Numbered from the stretch's first letter, positions 31,556 through 39,244 are shown. The stretch is DNA of 57,676 bases from an uncultured Candidatus Saccharibacteria bacterium (GCA_964608585.1 CAZSOL010000001.1:15990-73665), one strand, 5' to 3'. Numbers and translations: made by a program. Notes: generated by a model not told the origin, from the letters alone.

Positions 31556-33742
31556 TTATTTAGTCGCCTTCTTTTTGAAGCCTCTGGTCTTCTTGGGTTC
31601 TTTAAGAATCTCTAGAGCTCTATCTAGAGAGATGGTGTAGACATCATCGGTCTTAAGCGAGCGGAAGTCCTTCTCGTGGACGATGTATGGACCGAAGCGC
31701 CCTATACTTGCTGTGATCTTCTCTTTTGTGTCTGGGTGGTCTCCTAATACTCTAGGGAGAGAGAGATAGGTGAGAGCATCTGAGATTGAGACCTCGTTCA
31801 AGTTTTTGGTCTTTGGGATACTTGCTTTGCGAGCCTTAACCTTTTTCTTCTTATCGTCCTCTCCTTCTTGCACATAAGGGCCGAAGCGGCCAGTTTTGAC
31901 ATATATTGGTAGCCCACTCTCAGGGTTGTTGCCAATGGGGGTGTCGGACTTTATCTCCTCGCCGTTTATAGTGAGAGCTCCAGTACAATCGGGGAAGCGT
32001 GAGCAAGAGAGGAAGCGCCCGCCACGGCCGAGTTTTATAATCATCCCATCGCCACAAACAGGACACTTGTACTTATTGTCTGCAGTGCCTAGGTCTGTAG
32101 CCTTAGCCACCTTCTCCTTACTCTTAACATCTTTTTGGAATGGGTTGTAGAAGTCTGTAAGAGTTTTGACATAAGTTCTTTTGCCAAGTGCGATTTCATC
32201 CAGCTCATCCTCCATCTCTGCAGTGAAGGTGTCACTAATGTAATTGCCGAAGTTATCCTCAAGGAAGCCGGAGACCACCTCACCTGTGTCTGTGGGCTTC
32301 AAGGCCTTACTATCCTTCTCCACGTAACCTCTATCCACAATAGTTTTGATAATAGAAGCATAAGTAGATGGTCTACCAATACCCCTCTTTTCTAACTCTT
32401 TGATAAGACCAGCTTCAGAGTATCTACTTGGTGGTTCGGTCTGCTTCTCCTCCGAGTAAATTTTGTCTAAGTTTAAGCTCTCACCGACCTTTAGTTTTGG
32501 CAGTATTACCTCTTCTCCTTGGGCTCTTGGATCAGCCTTAGTCCATCCGTCAAAGAGTATTCTAGAGCCATTTAGCCAGAAGTCAGGGAAATCAGCCAAG
32601 CCCTCTCCTTGGGAATCTGATACTAAAGGAGAGGGCTTGGCTGTAACTTTTGTACGCATAAGCACTGCGTCTTTCATTTGGGTAGCCAGTGTTCTGCTCC
32701 AGATGAGCTTGTACAACTTCTTTTGCTCATCTGTACTGCCTGCATTCTCTACACTCATATGAGTTGGACGTATTGCCTCGTGAGCTTCTTGTGCATTCTT
32801 GCTCTTCTTGGCGAAAACGTGGGACTCGTAGTAGTTGTCACCAAACTTCTTCCTAACCACACTCTCTATATCCTTTTTGGCTTGTACGCCAAGGTTTGTA
32901 GAGTCTGTACGCATGTAGGTGATGAGGCCGGCTTCGTAGAGCTTCTGGGCTATCCCCATGGTTCTTGATGGGGCAAAGCCAAGACGAGAGGATGCGGCTT
33001 GTTGCAAGGTTGAGGTGATGAAGGGTGGGCGAGGGGAGCGCTTGACCTCTGTCTCTTTTATATCAGTAACTTTCCAAGAACCCTTCTCCCCCTTTTTCAA
33101 AATATTTTCAACCTCACTCTTGTCTCTTGGTTCTACAGAGCACTCGAAGTTTAGGTCGTTAAGTATGGCAAATATCTTCCAAAAAGTTTCGGGGATAAAG
33201 GCCCGTATCTCGCGCTCTCGCTCTACTAGTATGCGTAGGGCCGGAGACTGTACACGTCCAGCTGAGAGGCCGTAACGGACCTTCTTCCAAATGATGCCAG
33301 AGAGGTCGTAGCCCACAAGTCTGTCTAGCACCCTTCTTGCTTCTTGGGCTTCTTTGAGGTTGGTATCAATCTTTCTTGGGTGTTCTAGTGCTTCTTCCAC
33401 CGCTTCTTTGGTAATCTCGTGGAAGACGATACGCTTTGGAGACTTGAGTCCTATGGCATCTGCAATATGCCAAGCGATAGCCTCACCCTCTCGGTCGGGG
33501 TCTGTCGCGAGTATAACCTCATCTGCCTTCTTGGCGAGAGTCTTTATCTCGCTTATAACCTTCTCCTTACCTTTGGATATCTCATAGTGGGGGACGAAGC
33601 CAGCCGGTATGTCTATGGCCTTGGTATTTGATTTAGGAAGATCTCTCACATGCCCAACAGAAGCAACGACTCTGAAGTCCTTGCCTAGATATTTTTCTAT
33701 CGTCTTTGCTTTGCTTGGCGACTCAACTATGACTAAACGCAT
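31556..33742 (-). CDS. topA: DNA topoisomerase I
   Basis: 728 aa: TOPRIM (LVIVESPSKAKTIEKYLG, ATDPDREGEAIAWH), catalytic ITYMRTDS and a C-terminal zinc ribbon (CPVCGDG...CSRFPDC). Confidence 0.93.
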   Translation of the reverse strand: MRLVIVESPSKAKTIEKYLGKDFRVVASVGHVRDLPKSNTKAIDIPAGFVPHYEISKGKEKVISEIKTLAKKADEVILATDPDREGEAIAWHIADAIGLKSPKRIVFHEITKEAVEEALEHPRKIDTNLKEAQEARRVLDRLVGYDLSGIIWKKVRYGLSAGRVQSPALRILVEREREIRAFIPETFWKIFAILNDLNFECSVEPRDKSEVENILKKGEKGSWKVTDIKETEVKRSPRPPFITSTLQQAASSRLGFAPSRTMGIAQKLYEAGLITYMRTDSTNLGVQAKKDIESVVRKKFGDNYYESHVFAKKSKNAQEAHEAIRPTHMSVENAGSTDEQKKLYKLIWSRTLATQMKDAVLMRTKVTAKPSPLVSDSQGEGLADFPDFWLNGSRILFDGWTKADPRAQGEEVILPKLKVGESLNLDKIYSEEKQTEPPSRYSEAGLIKELEKRGIGRPSTYASIIKTIVDRGYVEKDSKALKPTDTGEVVSGFLEDNFGNYISDTFTAEMEDELDEIALGKRTYVKTLTDFYNPFQKDVKSKEKVAKATDLGTADNKYKCPVCGDGMIIKLGRGGRFLSCSRFPDCTGALTINGEEIKSDTPIGNNPESGLPIYVKTGRFGPYVQEGEDDKKKKVKARKASIPKTKNLNEVSISDALTYLSLPRVLGDHPDTKEKITASIGRFGPYIVHEKDFRSLKTDDVYTISLDRALEILKEPKKTRGFKKKATK

Positions 33743-33779
33743 TTCCTAACAAATACTATAGAAACTTTTTATTTGCAAA

Positions 33780-34634
33780 TCAGAAGGTCTTCCTTACCTC
33801 ACCCATTTCTTCTTTTATAAGTCCCTTTATCTCAAGCAATGATAGAGTGGCACTAGCTGTAGATGTATCTAGTTTGGAAGCACGTATGAGCGAGTCTCTG
33901 TCCATCGGAGTCTCAAGGAGTTTGATGAAAACTTGCTCCTCATTTGTCAGGTCTTCCACACTTATGAGGGTGTCGTGCCCTGCTTCTCTTAAGCCTAACA
34001 TTTCCAGAATATCGTCTGAGTCACGGATGAGAGTCGCTCCGAGTCTTAGAAGCATATGAGGCCCTTCTGATGTAGAAGATGATACAGGCCCAGGTACTGC
34101 TCCAACCTCTCTATTATATTCGGTCGCTAGCCTCGAGGTAATGAGAGTGCCACTCTTCTTCTCGGCCTCTATGACAATGGTGGCATGGCACATACCAGCC
34201 ATGATCCTGTTCCTTCTAGGGAAGGCCCAAGCCCCACTAGGCATTGTGTCGTCGTACTCCGATAAGAGTCCTCCACCACTCTCTACAATTTCTTCGGCTA
34301 GGGGGACGTGTGAGTGAGGGTGGAGCACTTTCTTATTGAGTCCTGAGCCGGGCACAGCTATCGTCTGGAGTCCTGCACGCAGAGCACTTCGGTGGGCTAT
34401 GGAGTCTATGCCAAGAGCTAGTCCTGAGACTATGGTAATAGGATAGCCAGCCAACCCTTGGACAAGAGAGGTGCACACTTCTTGCCCGTAGGAGGTGAAC
34501 TTCCTTGCTCCTACTATAGCTACTAGTTTGTTACCCTCTTTTGGAGGTTCCCCCCAGAGTCGGAGCCTCTTGGGTGGGTCGTTAATCTCAGTCAAAAGTT
34601 CTGGCCACTCCTCATCTGTGAGGTCTCTTATCAT
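33780..34634 (-). CDS. dprA: DNA-processing protein DprA
   Basis: VAIVGARKFTSYGQEV, IVSGLALGIDSIAHRSAL, TIAVPGSGL. I prefer the ATG at 34634 (MIRDLTDEEW) over the track TTG at 34652, which would abut the serS ATG. Confidence 0.82.
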   Translation of the reverse strand: MIRDLTDEEWPELLTEINDPPKRLRLWGEPPKEGNKLVAIVGARKFTSYGQEVCTSLVQGLAGYPITIVSGLALGIDSIAHRSALRAGLQTIAVPGSGLNKKVLHPHSHVPLAEEIVESGGGLLSEYDDTMPSGAWAFPRRNRIMAGMCHATIVIEAEKKSGTLITSRLATEYNREVGAVPGPVSSSTSEGPHMLLRLGATLIRDSDDILEMLGLREAGHDTLISVEDLTNEEQVFIKLLETPMDRDSLIRASKLDTSTASATLSLLEIKGLIKEEMGEVRKTF

Positions 34635-34635
34635 A

Positions 34636-34651
34636 TGGTAATATCTTAGCA
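34636..34651. promoter_or_regulatory. Two overlapping divergent extended -10 boxes in the 17-bp dprA/serS gap
   Basis: Plus strand: TGgTAATAT (34636-34644), 7 nt before the serS ATG at 34652. Minus strand: TGcTAAGAT (34651-34643), 8 nt before the dprA ATG at 34634. Confidence 0.45.
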
Positions 34652-35917
34652 ATGCTTGATATTAAATTCATTAGGGAGAACAAAGATCTTGTGGCTATGG
34701 CTGCGAAGAAGAAGCACCTAGACTTCGATGTAGAGAAGTTGCTCCTAGTTGATGACAAGAGGAAGGCCTTGCTCCAAAAGGTAGAGGAGAAGAGAGGGGA
34801 GCAAAACACTGCTAGTAGAGAGATCACGAGTGCTTCAGGTCCAGAGAGAGCAAATATTTTAGAGAGAATGAAGTTTGTGAAGGAAGAACTTCAGAAGGGA
34901 GAGGAGGAGCTCAAAGAGGTTATGCGTGATTGGCAGGTTTTGATGCTACAGGTTCCAAACATTCCAGACATCTCAGTGCCAGACGGAGTAAGCGATGAGC
35001 AGAACTTGGAGGTCAAGAAGTGGGGAGAGCTCCCTCGTTTTGGCTTTGAGCCCAAGAGTCATATAGAACTTATGGAGAACTTGGGCATGCTTGATCTTGA
35101 GCGTGGAGCTAAGGTTGCGGGCTTCAGAGGTTACTTCCTCAAGGGTGACGGCGCGAAGTTACAGTTTGCTCTCTGGAGATTTGTCCAAGACCACTTCGCT
35201 AAGAAGAAGGATTATGTACCGATGATAGTGCCCTCACTCTTGAAGAAGGAAGTCTTCTTCGGCACAGGCTACTTACCTCAAGGAGAGGAGGACTTATACA
35301 AGACTCAAGATGGAGAGTATCTCTCGGGTACCGCTGAGGTGGCGACGATGGGTTATTACATGGACGAAGTTTTGGATAAGAAAGATTTTCCAATAAAGCA
35401 CCTCTCCTTCTCTGATGCCTTCCGTCGTGAGGCAGGAAGTCATGGTAAGGACACGAGAGGGATCCTTCGTGTACACGAGTTTTATAAATTTGAGCAAGTC
35501 ATACTTTGTGAGGCTAATCATGAGGAGTCGGTAATGTATCACGAAGAGATCCAGAAGAACGTTGAAGAGCTCACAGAGGCCTTGGGCTTGCCATACAGAG
35601 TTGTGGTTAACTGTGGAGGTGACCTGGGGTTAGGTCAGGTGAAGAAGTACGACACAGAGGTCTGGCTTCCTTCGGAAAACAAGTATAGAGAGACAGGCTC
35701 TGCGTCTTACTTCCACGACTTCCAGACAAGGCGCCTCGGTATACGTTACAAGGATGATGACGGCACTCTAAAGTATGCTCACTCGCTAAACAACACCGCT
35801 CTCTCTGGGCGACCTCTCATAATGATAGTAGAGAACTTCCAACAAGCAGACGGAAGTATCAAGATCCCAGAAGTCTTACAACCTTACTTTGGGAAAGATG
35901 AAATTAGTAGGAAGTAA
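34652..35917 (+). CDS. serS: Seryl-tRNA synthetase
   Basis: 421 aa: N-terminal coiled-coil arm, FRREAGSHGKDTRGILRVHEF (motif 2) and GSASYFHDFQTRR / NNTALSGRP (motif 3 region). Confidence 0.93.
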   Translation: MLDIKFIRENKDLVAMAAKKKHLDFDVEKLLLVDDKRKALLQKVEEKRGEQNTASREITSASGPERANILERMKFVKEELQKGEEELKEVMRDWQVLMLQVPNIPDISVPDGVSDEQNLEVKKWGELPRFGFEPKSHIELMENLGMLDLERGAKVAGFRGYFLKGDGAKLQFALWRFVQDHFAKKKDYVPMIVPSLLKKEVFFGTGYLPQGEEDLYKTQDGEYLSGTAEVATMGYYMDEVLDKKDFPIKHLSFSDAFRREAGSHGKDTRGILRVHEFYKFEQVILCEANHEESVMYHEEIQKNVEELTEALGLPYRVVVNCGGDLGLGQVKKYDTEVWLPSENKYRETGSASYFHDFQTRRLGIRYKDDDGTLKYAHSLNNTALSGRPLIMIVENFQQADGSIKIPEVLQPYFGKDEISRK

Positions 35918-36713
35918 AAGAGCTGTTCGCTCGCCAGAGTTCCATAAGAGGAAGGAACTAGAGAGGAAGTTGCGCTTAGGTCTCTTTGCCCTTCTGGCTT
36001 CTGCTGTTATTGTCTTACCAACATATTTTCTTGGTAGTGAGGCTCTTCAGGTTAGGAAGGTTTTTGTACAAGGTAATCTGGTTACCACAAGTATAGATAT
36101 AGAGAGGATGGTTAGAGAGAGTTTGGTAGGTGAGTACTTGGGTCTTATCCCGAGGTCCAGCACAATTTTATTGTCAAAGAATATTATAGAGCAGAGACTC
36201 TTAGAGAGTGTCCCACGTCTTGCATCGGTACACCTCTCTCGTGAGGGGCTAAGTGGAGTATCGGTAGATGTGGTAGAGAGAGTACCGAAGGCTTTGTATT
36301 GTACTGACGAGTGTTACTTCTTAGATGGAGAGGGTTACATATACTCTGAGGCTCCAAATTTTGTCGGTGAGGCGTATCTAGAGTATAGAGATGAGAGTTT
36401 GCCCACTGCTCCAGTTGGTTCTTACTTCTTGCCGAAGGAGGACTTTGAGGAATTACATAATTTTGTTGAAAGCTTTAGAAGTCTTAATTTAAATCCAAAA
36501 ATGGTTATGAAGAGTGGTGATGTCTATAAGGTGATACTAGAGGGTGATGTGGAAGTCAGGTGGCGAGATGACCAAGATATTTCCAAACTCTTTGTTGATC
36601 TCAGCTCTTTTATAAACGATGGCCAGCTAAAGAATCTCAAAATTGAGGATCTCTTGTATCTAGACCTTAGCTTTAACAACAAAGTGCACTGGGTGTACAA
36701 AGATGGGCGTTAG
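35898..36713 (+). CDS. ftsQ: FtsQ/DivIB-like POTRA-domain cell-division protein
   Basis: Basic N-terminus, one TM segment, then VRKVFVQGNLVTTSIDIERMV (POTRA). The ATG at 35898 overlaps the serS end by 20 nt. Confidence 0.55.
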   Translation: MKLVGSKRAVRSPEFHKRKELERKLRLGLFALLASAVIVLPTYFLGSEALQVRKVFVQGNLVTTSIDIERMVRESLVGEYLGLIPRSSTILLSKNIIEQRLLESVPRLASVHLSREGLSGVSVDVVERVPKALYCTDECYFLDGEGYIYSEAPNFVGEAYLEYRDESLPTAPVGSYFLPKEDFEELHNFVESFRSLNLNPKMVMKSGDVYKVILEGDVEVRWRDDQDISKLFVDLSSFINDGQLKNLKIEDLLYLDLSFNNKVHWVYKDGR

Positions 36714-36735
36714 CCTTGCCCCGCTATGGCGCAGG

Positions 36736-36763
36736 TTGACAAATTTCTAGGGGGGTGTATACT
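36736..36763 (+). promoter_or_regulatory. Sigma-70-type promoter of candidate sRNA A
   Basis: TTGACA (36736-36741), N16, TATACT (36758-36763). Confidence 0.6.
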
Positions 36764-36769
36764 GGAGAG

Positions 36770-37001
36770 TAGATAAGTACTTGGGTGGTTGTTGGGCTCT
36801 TTGAGCAAACCAAGAGGATTACGTGTTACCAATCGCGCTTGAGCTCACAGCAGAGCAAGGGCAAGGATTGGCCAGCTAGGGGAACCGGACCCGGTCTCCC
36901 GCGACTACATGGGCCCAGAACACGTATTGACTCAAGATGCGCTCGCTCCCAGCAACCACCCACCCCCTGCCCTCCAACTCCGTTGGAGGGCGTTTCATTT
37001 T
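36770..37001 (+). ncRNA. Candidate structured small RNA A (~230 nt), class unknown
   Basis: Bounded by its own promoter and terminator, and GC-rich relative to the flanks. A 14-bp closing helix pairs GGGTGGTTGTTGGG (36783-36796) with CCCAGCAACCACCC (36948-36961). Several internal hairpins are present, e.g. CCAATC/GATTGG and GCTCacagcaGAGC. The only ORF across it (36785-37108) is Pro/Arg/Gly-rich and runs through the terminator. Confidence 0.6.
36970..37001 (+). terminator. Rho-independent terminator of sRNA A
   Basis: CCCTCCAACtccGTTGGAGGG (9-bp stem) followed by cgTTTcaTTTT. Confidence 0.75.
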
Positions 37002-37016
37002 ATGTAAAATATTTTT

Positions 37017-38021
37017 ATGAATTTTTGGAAAAGTTTGAAGAAGCCAATAATGGTTCTAGCTCCCATGGCCAACGTCACCGACGTGGCCTTCCGTCGTATC
37101 ATTGCTAAGTATGGGAAGCCCGATGTTACTTGGACAGAGTTTGTCTCGGCCGACGGTTTAGCTCTTGCTCCAGAGGAGGGGAGGAAGAAATTACTAAAGG
37201 ATCTTGAGTACATTGACGCGGAGCGTCCTATAGTCGCGCAGTTCTTTAGCTCCTCGCCTCAGAACATGAGGAAGGCTGCAGAGCTTGCGCGCGAGCTTGG
37301 CTTTGATGGAGTAGATATCAATATGGGGTGCCCCGACAGAAGTGTGGAGAAGCAGGGTGCTGGTGCGGCACATATCAAGAACCCCAAGCTCGCGCGCGAG
37401 GTTATCCGTGCTGCTAAGGAAGGAGCAAGAGACTTGCCAGTGTCGGTTAAGACAAGAATCGGTTACAACAAGAACGAGTTAGAAACTTGGCTACCAGAAC
37501 TTCTTGCTGAGAGCCCAGCGGTAGTCACTGTCCACGCTCGTACAAGGAAGGAGATGAGCAAGGTTCCGGCTAGATGGGAGCATATAAAGAGGGCTGTAGA
37601 GATACGTAATGAGATGGGTGTAGATACTTTGATATTTGGTAACGGAGATCTTAAGGATATAGAAGATGCTAGGAAGAAGTGTAAGGAGACTGGTGCAGAC
37701 GGAGCGATGTTGGGGAGAGCAATATTCGGTAACCCGTGGCTCTTTGCTCCACTTCGACAAAATGAGTTGTCTGCTCACGGTCAAGAGGGAAATTCGCGAC
37801 CAACTCATTTTGTTTCAGTTGAAGAGAAGTTGAGAGTGATGGTAGAGCATACCAGAGCTTTTGAAGAGCTCTTGGGAGGTATGAAGAGCTTTGCTCTGAT
37901 GAAGAAGCACTATAAGGCCTATGTGAACGGCTTTGATGGAGCAGTGGACTTGAGGGCAAGACTGATGGAGGCAGATAATGCACAAGAGGTGAGTGACATA
38001 GTAGAGAGGTTTTTTGTATAA
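37017..38021 (+). CDS. dus: tRNA-dihydrouridine synthase
   Basis: 334 aa: LAPMANVTDVAFRR, DINMGCP, VSVKTRIG, VTVHARTR. Confidence 0.88.
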   Translation: MNFWKSLKKPIMVLAPMANVTDVAFRRIIAKYGKPDVTWTEFVSADGLALAPEEGRKKLLKDLEYIDAERPIVAQFFSSSPQNMRKAAELARELGFDGVDINMGCPDRSVEKQGAGAAHIKNPKLAREVIRAAKEGARDLPVSVKTRIGYNKNELETWLPELLAESPAVVTVHARTRKEMSKVPARWEHIKRAVEIRNEMGVDTLIFGNGDLKDIEDARKKCKETGADGAMLGRAIFGNPWLFAPLRQNELSAHGQEGNSRPTHFVSVEEKLRVMVEHTRAFEELLGGMKSFALMKKHYKAYVNGFDGAVDLRARLMEADNAQEVSDIVERFFV

Positions 38022-38022
38022 T
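37993..38022 (+). promoter_or_regulatory. Promoter of candidate sRNA B, overlapping the dus stop codon
   Basis: GTGACA, N18, TATAAT (38017-22) with TG immediately upstream. Confidence 0.5.
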
Positions 38023-38028
38023 TGAGAG

Positions 38029-38231
38029 ACACGAGCAGTAGACCACTCTTTCTTGGGAGGATACATGATCCAAGGATATGTCTGAGGCTGCGTGAAGGCC
38101 TGATCTGGTGGGGGTCAGGCGTATGAGTACCAGTGCGTAGTGTCCGGGGGGAAGCTACGCACTGGTATACCCCCACCACATATGTGCCAATGGGGCACGA
38201 TACATGACACCACGAAGTGGTGTCTCTTTTT
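38029..38231 (+). ncRNA. ffs: Candidate small RNA B (~200 nt), possibly SRP (4.5S/scRNA-like) RNA
   Basis: A long helix pairs GGTGGGGG with CCCCCACC and encloses a perfect 13-bp stem, TACCAGTGCGTAG/CTACGCACTGGTA. The apex GTCC-GGGG-GGAAGC (38141-38155) resembles SRP helix 8 (E. coli UACCAGGUCAGGUCC-GGAA-GGAAGCAGCC, recalled from memory). It lies upstream of dnaX, as scr/ffs does in many bacteria. The RNA ends in a terminator. Confidence 0.45.
38206..38231 (+). terminator. Rho-independent terminator of sRNA B
   Basis: GACACCACgaaGTGGTGTC followed by TCTTTTT. Confidence 0.75.
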
Positions 38232-38243
38232 ATAAAACTTGAT

Positions 38244-38272
38244 TTGACAAAAAAGGTGAGGTGTGCTAAGCT
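38244..38272 (+). promoter_or_regulatory. Promoter of candidate sRNA C
   Basis: TTGACA (38244-49), N17, TAAGCT (38267-72) with TGc extended -10. Confidence 0.6.
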
Positions 38273-38278
38273 TAAGAG

Positions 38279-38435
38279 AGGTTGGTGGCAATAAGGTCTG
38301 TGGCCACGTACGGCAGATGCGTCTGTGATGAGGGCCCGGAATCCCTCTGATCGACAAACTCCGTCCGTGGCCCAGACAGCCACACCACGTACCACAACTT
38401 ACGAGGTCCCAAATATGGGGCCTTTCGCTTTTTAT
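38279..38435 (+). ncRNA. Candidate small RNA C (~155 nt) with a C/D-box-like K-turn motif, class unknown
   Basis: It has its own promoter and terminator. A long irregular hairpin pairs GTCTG-t-GGCCACG-t-ACGG with CCGT-c-CGTGGCC-CAGAC. The apical element GTGATGA-GGG-cccggaat-CCC-t-CTGA (38325-38350) would allow tandem sheared G.A pairs and a U.U pair next to GAGGG/CCCTC. Confidence 0.55.
38404..38435 (+). terminator. Rho-independent terminator of sRNA C
   Basis: AGGTCCCaaatatGGGGCCT followed by TTCGCTTTTT. Confidence 0.7.
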
Positions 38436-38450
38436 AAATTTCTATAGCCT

Positions 38451-38479
38451 TTGACAAACTTAAGCTTTTATGATAAGAA
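38451..38479 (+). promoter_or_regulatory. Promoter of the GC-rich Big_2 lipoprotein gene
   Basis: TTGACA (38451-56), N17, TAAGAA (38474-79) with TGa extended -10. An AAGGAG SD lies 6 nt before the ATG at 38530. Confidence 0.55.
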
Positions 38480-38529
38480 GATAGGCGGAACGTTCCAACA
38501 CATCCAACTCAAGCTACAAGGAGTAGCAT

Positions 38530-39183
38530 ATGCGAACCAAGCGGTTGGCTGGACTCGCGACCTTCTTGGTCGCCGTCCTTCTCTCGATGTCTGCTTGCTT
38601 GAACGAGCAGATCATCAGTCCTCCCAGCTACTGCGAGGTCAATCTTGACCTCGTGGTGACGAACTCTGGCTCAGCTCTTCCTATCGGAAGCTCTGACACC
38701 GTGTCGGTCGTGCAGACTGACAACTGTGACACGCGGTATACCTTCAACTTCGTGTCGAACAACGGCCACGTCTCTGTCACGAGACTCAGCCCTACTTCGG
38801 CACAGGTTACTGGTGTCTCGGCTGGCACCTCGGTCGTCACTGTGACGGCGGTGGAGGACACGAGTCGGCAGTTCCTCGTGACCTTCGTGGTCCCGAGCAC
38901 TTCGTCGGCTAGCTCCATTGACTACACGCCACACTCGGGCGCCTTGGCTGTTGGGGACTCTGTCCTTGTCACAGCTCATTGTGTGCAAGGGTCGGACATC
39001 TCCGAGGCTTGCAACCCATTTTGGACGTCTTCTGACCCAGGAACTGTCACGCTTCGTGGCACTGGGCCAAATGGCACCGGCATGACAGCTTGGATGAAGA
39101 GGATCAAGGCTGGATCTGTGGGACTTTGTACTCAGTGGTCACGCACACGGAGTACTCCACAGAGGTGTTACACCAGATCCTAG
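38530..39183 (+). CDS. GC-rich lipoprotein with bacterial Ig-like (Big_2-like) repeats; the 3' end may be frameshifted
   Basis: Signal peptide plus lipobox (LLSMSAC). SSDTVSVVQ...AQVTGVSAGTSVVTVTAVED is a typical Big_2 pattern. A second repeat ends in an Arg-rich tail (TQWSRTRSTPQRCYTRS), while another frame reads SVVTHTEYSTEVLHQIL. Sampled lines are 53-67% GC. Confidence 0.65.
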   Translation: MRTKRLAGLATFLVAVLLSMSACLNEQIISPPSYCEVNLDLVVTNSGSALPIGSSDTVSVVQTDNCDTRYTFNFVSNNGHVSVTRLSPTSAQVTGVSAGTSVVTVTAVEDTSRQFLVTFVVPSTSSASSIDYTPHSGALAVGDSVLVTAHCVQGSDISEACNPFWTSSDPGTVTLRGTGPNGTGMTAWMKRIKAGSVGLCTQWSRTRSTPQRCYTRS

Positions 39184-39191
39184 GTATCGTG

Positions 39192-39230
39192 GCCCCAGAG
39201 ACAGATTATTGTCTCTGGGGCTTTTCGTTT
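39192..39230 (+). terminator. Rho-independent terminator
   Basis: GCCCCAGAGACagattattGTCTCTGGGGC (11-bp stem) followed by TTTTCGTTT. Confidence 0.85.
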
Positions 39231-39244
39231 ATAATACTTTGCAT

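Noticed and set aside
36785-37108. A 107-aa plus-strand ORF (and the 36995-37213 minus-strand ORF) across the ftsQ-dus spacer.
   Set aside because: The Pro/Arg/Gly/Ser-rich product reads through a 14-bp helix, a rho-independent terminator and the dus start. The region is better explained as structured RNA A.
37669-38648. Several ORFs overlapping the dus 3' end and the sRNA B/C region: minus-strand 37669-38073, 37815-38066, 37919-38395, 38115-38357 and 38272-38457, plus plus-strand 38451-38648.
   Set aside because: There are no start signals. The ORFs are antisense to dus or run through two terminators and two promoters, and their composition is typical of non-coding GC-rich RNA genes.
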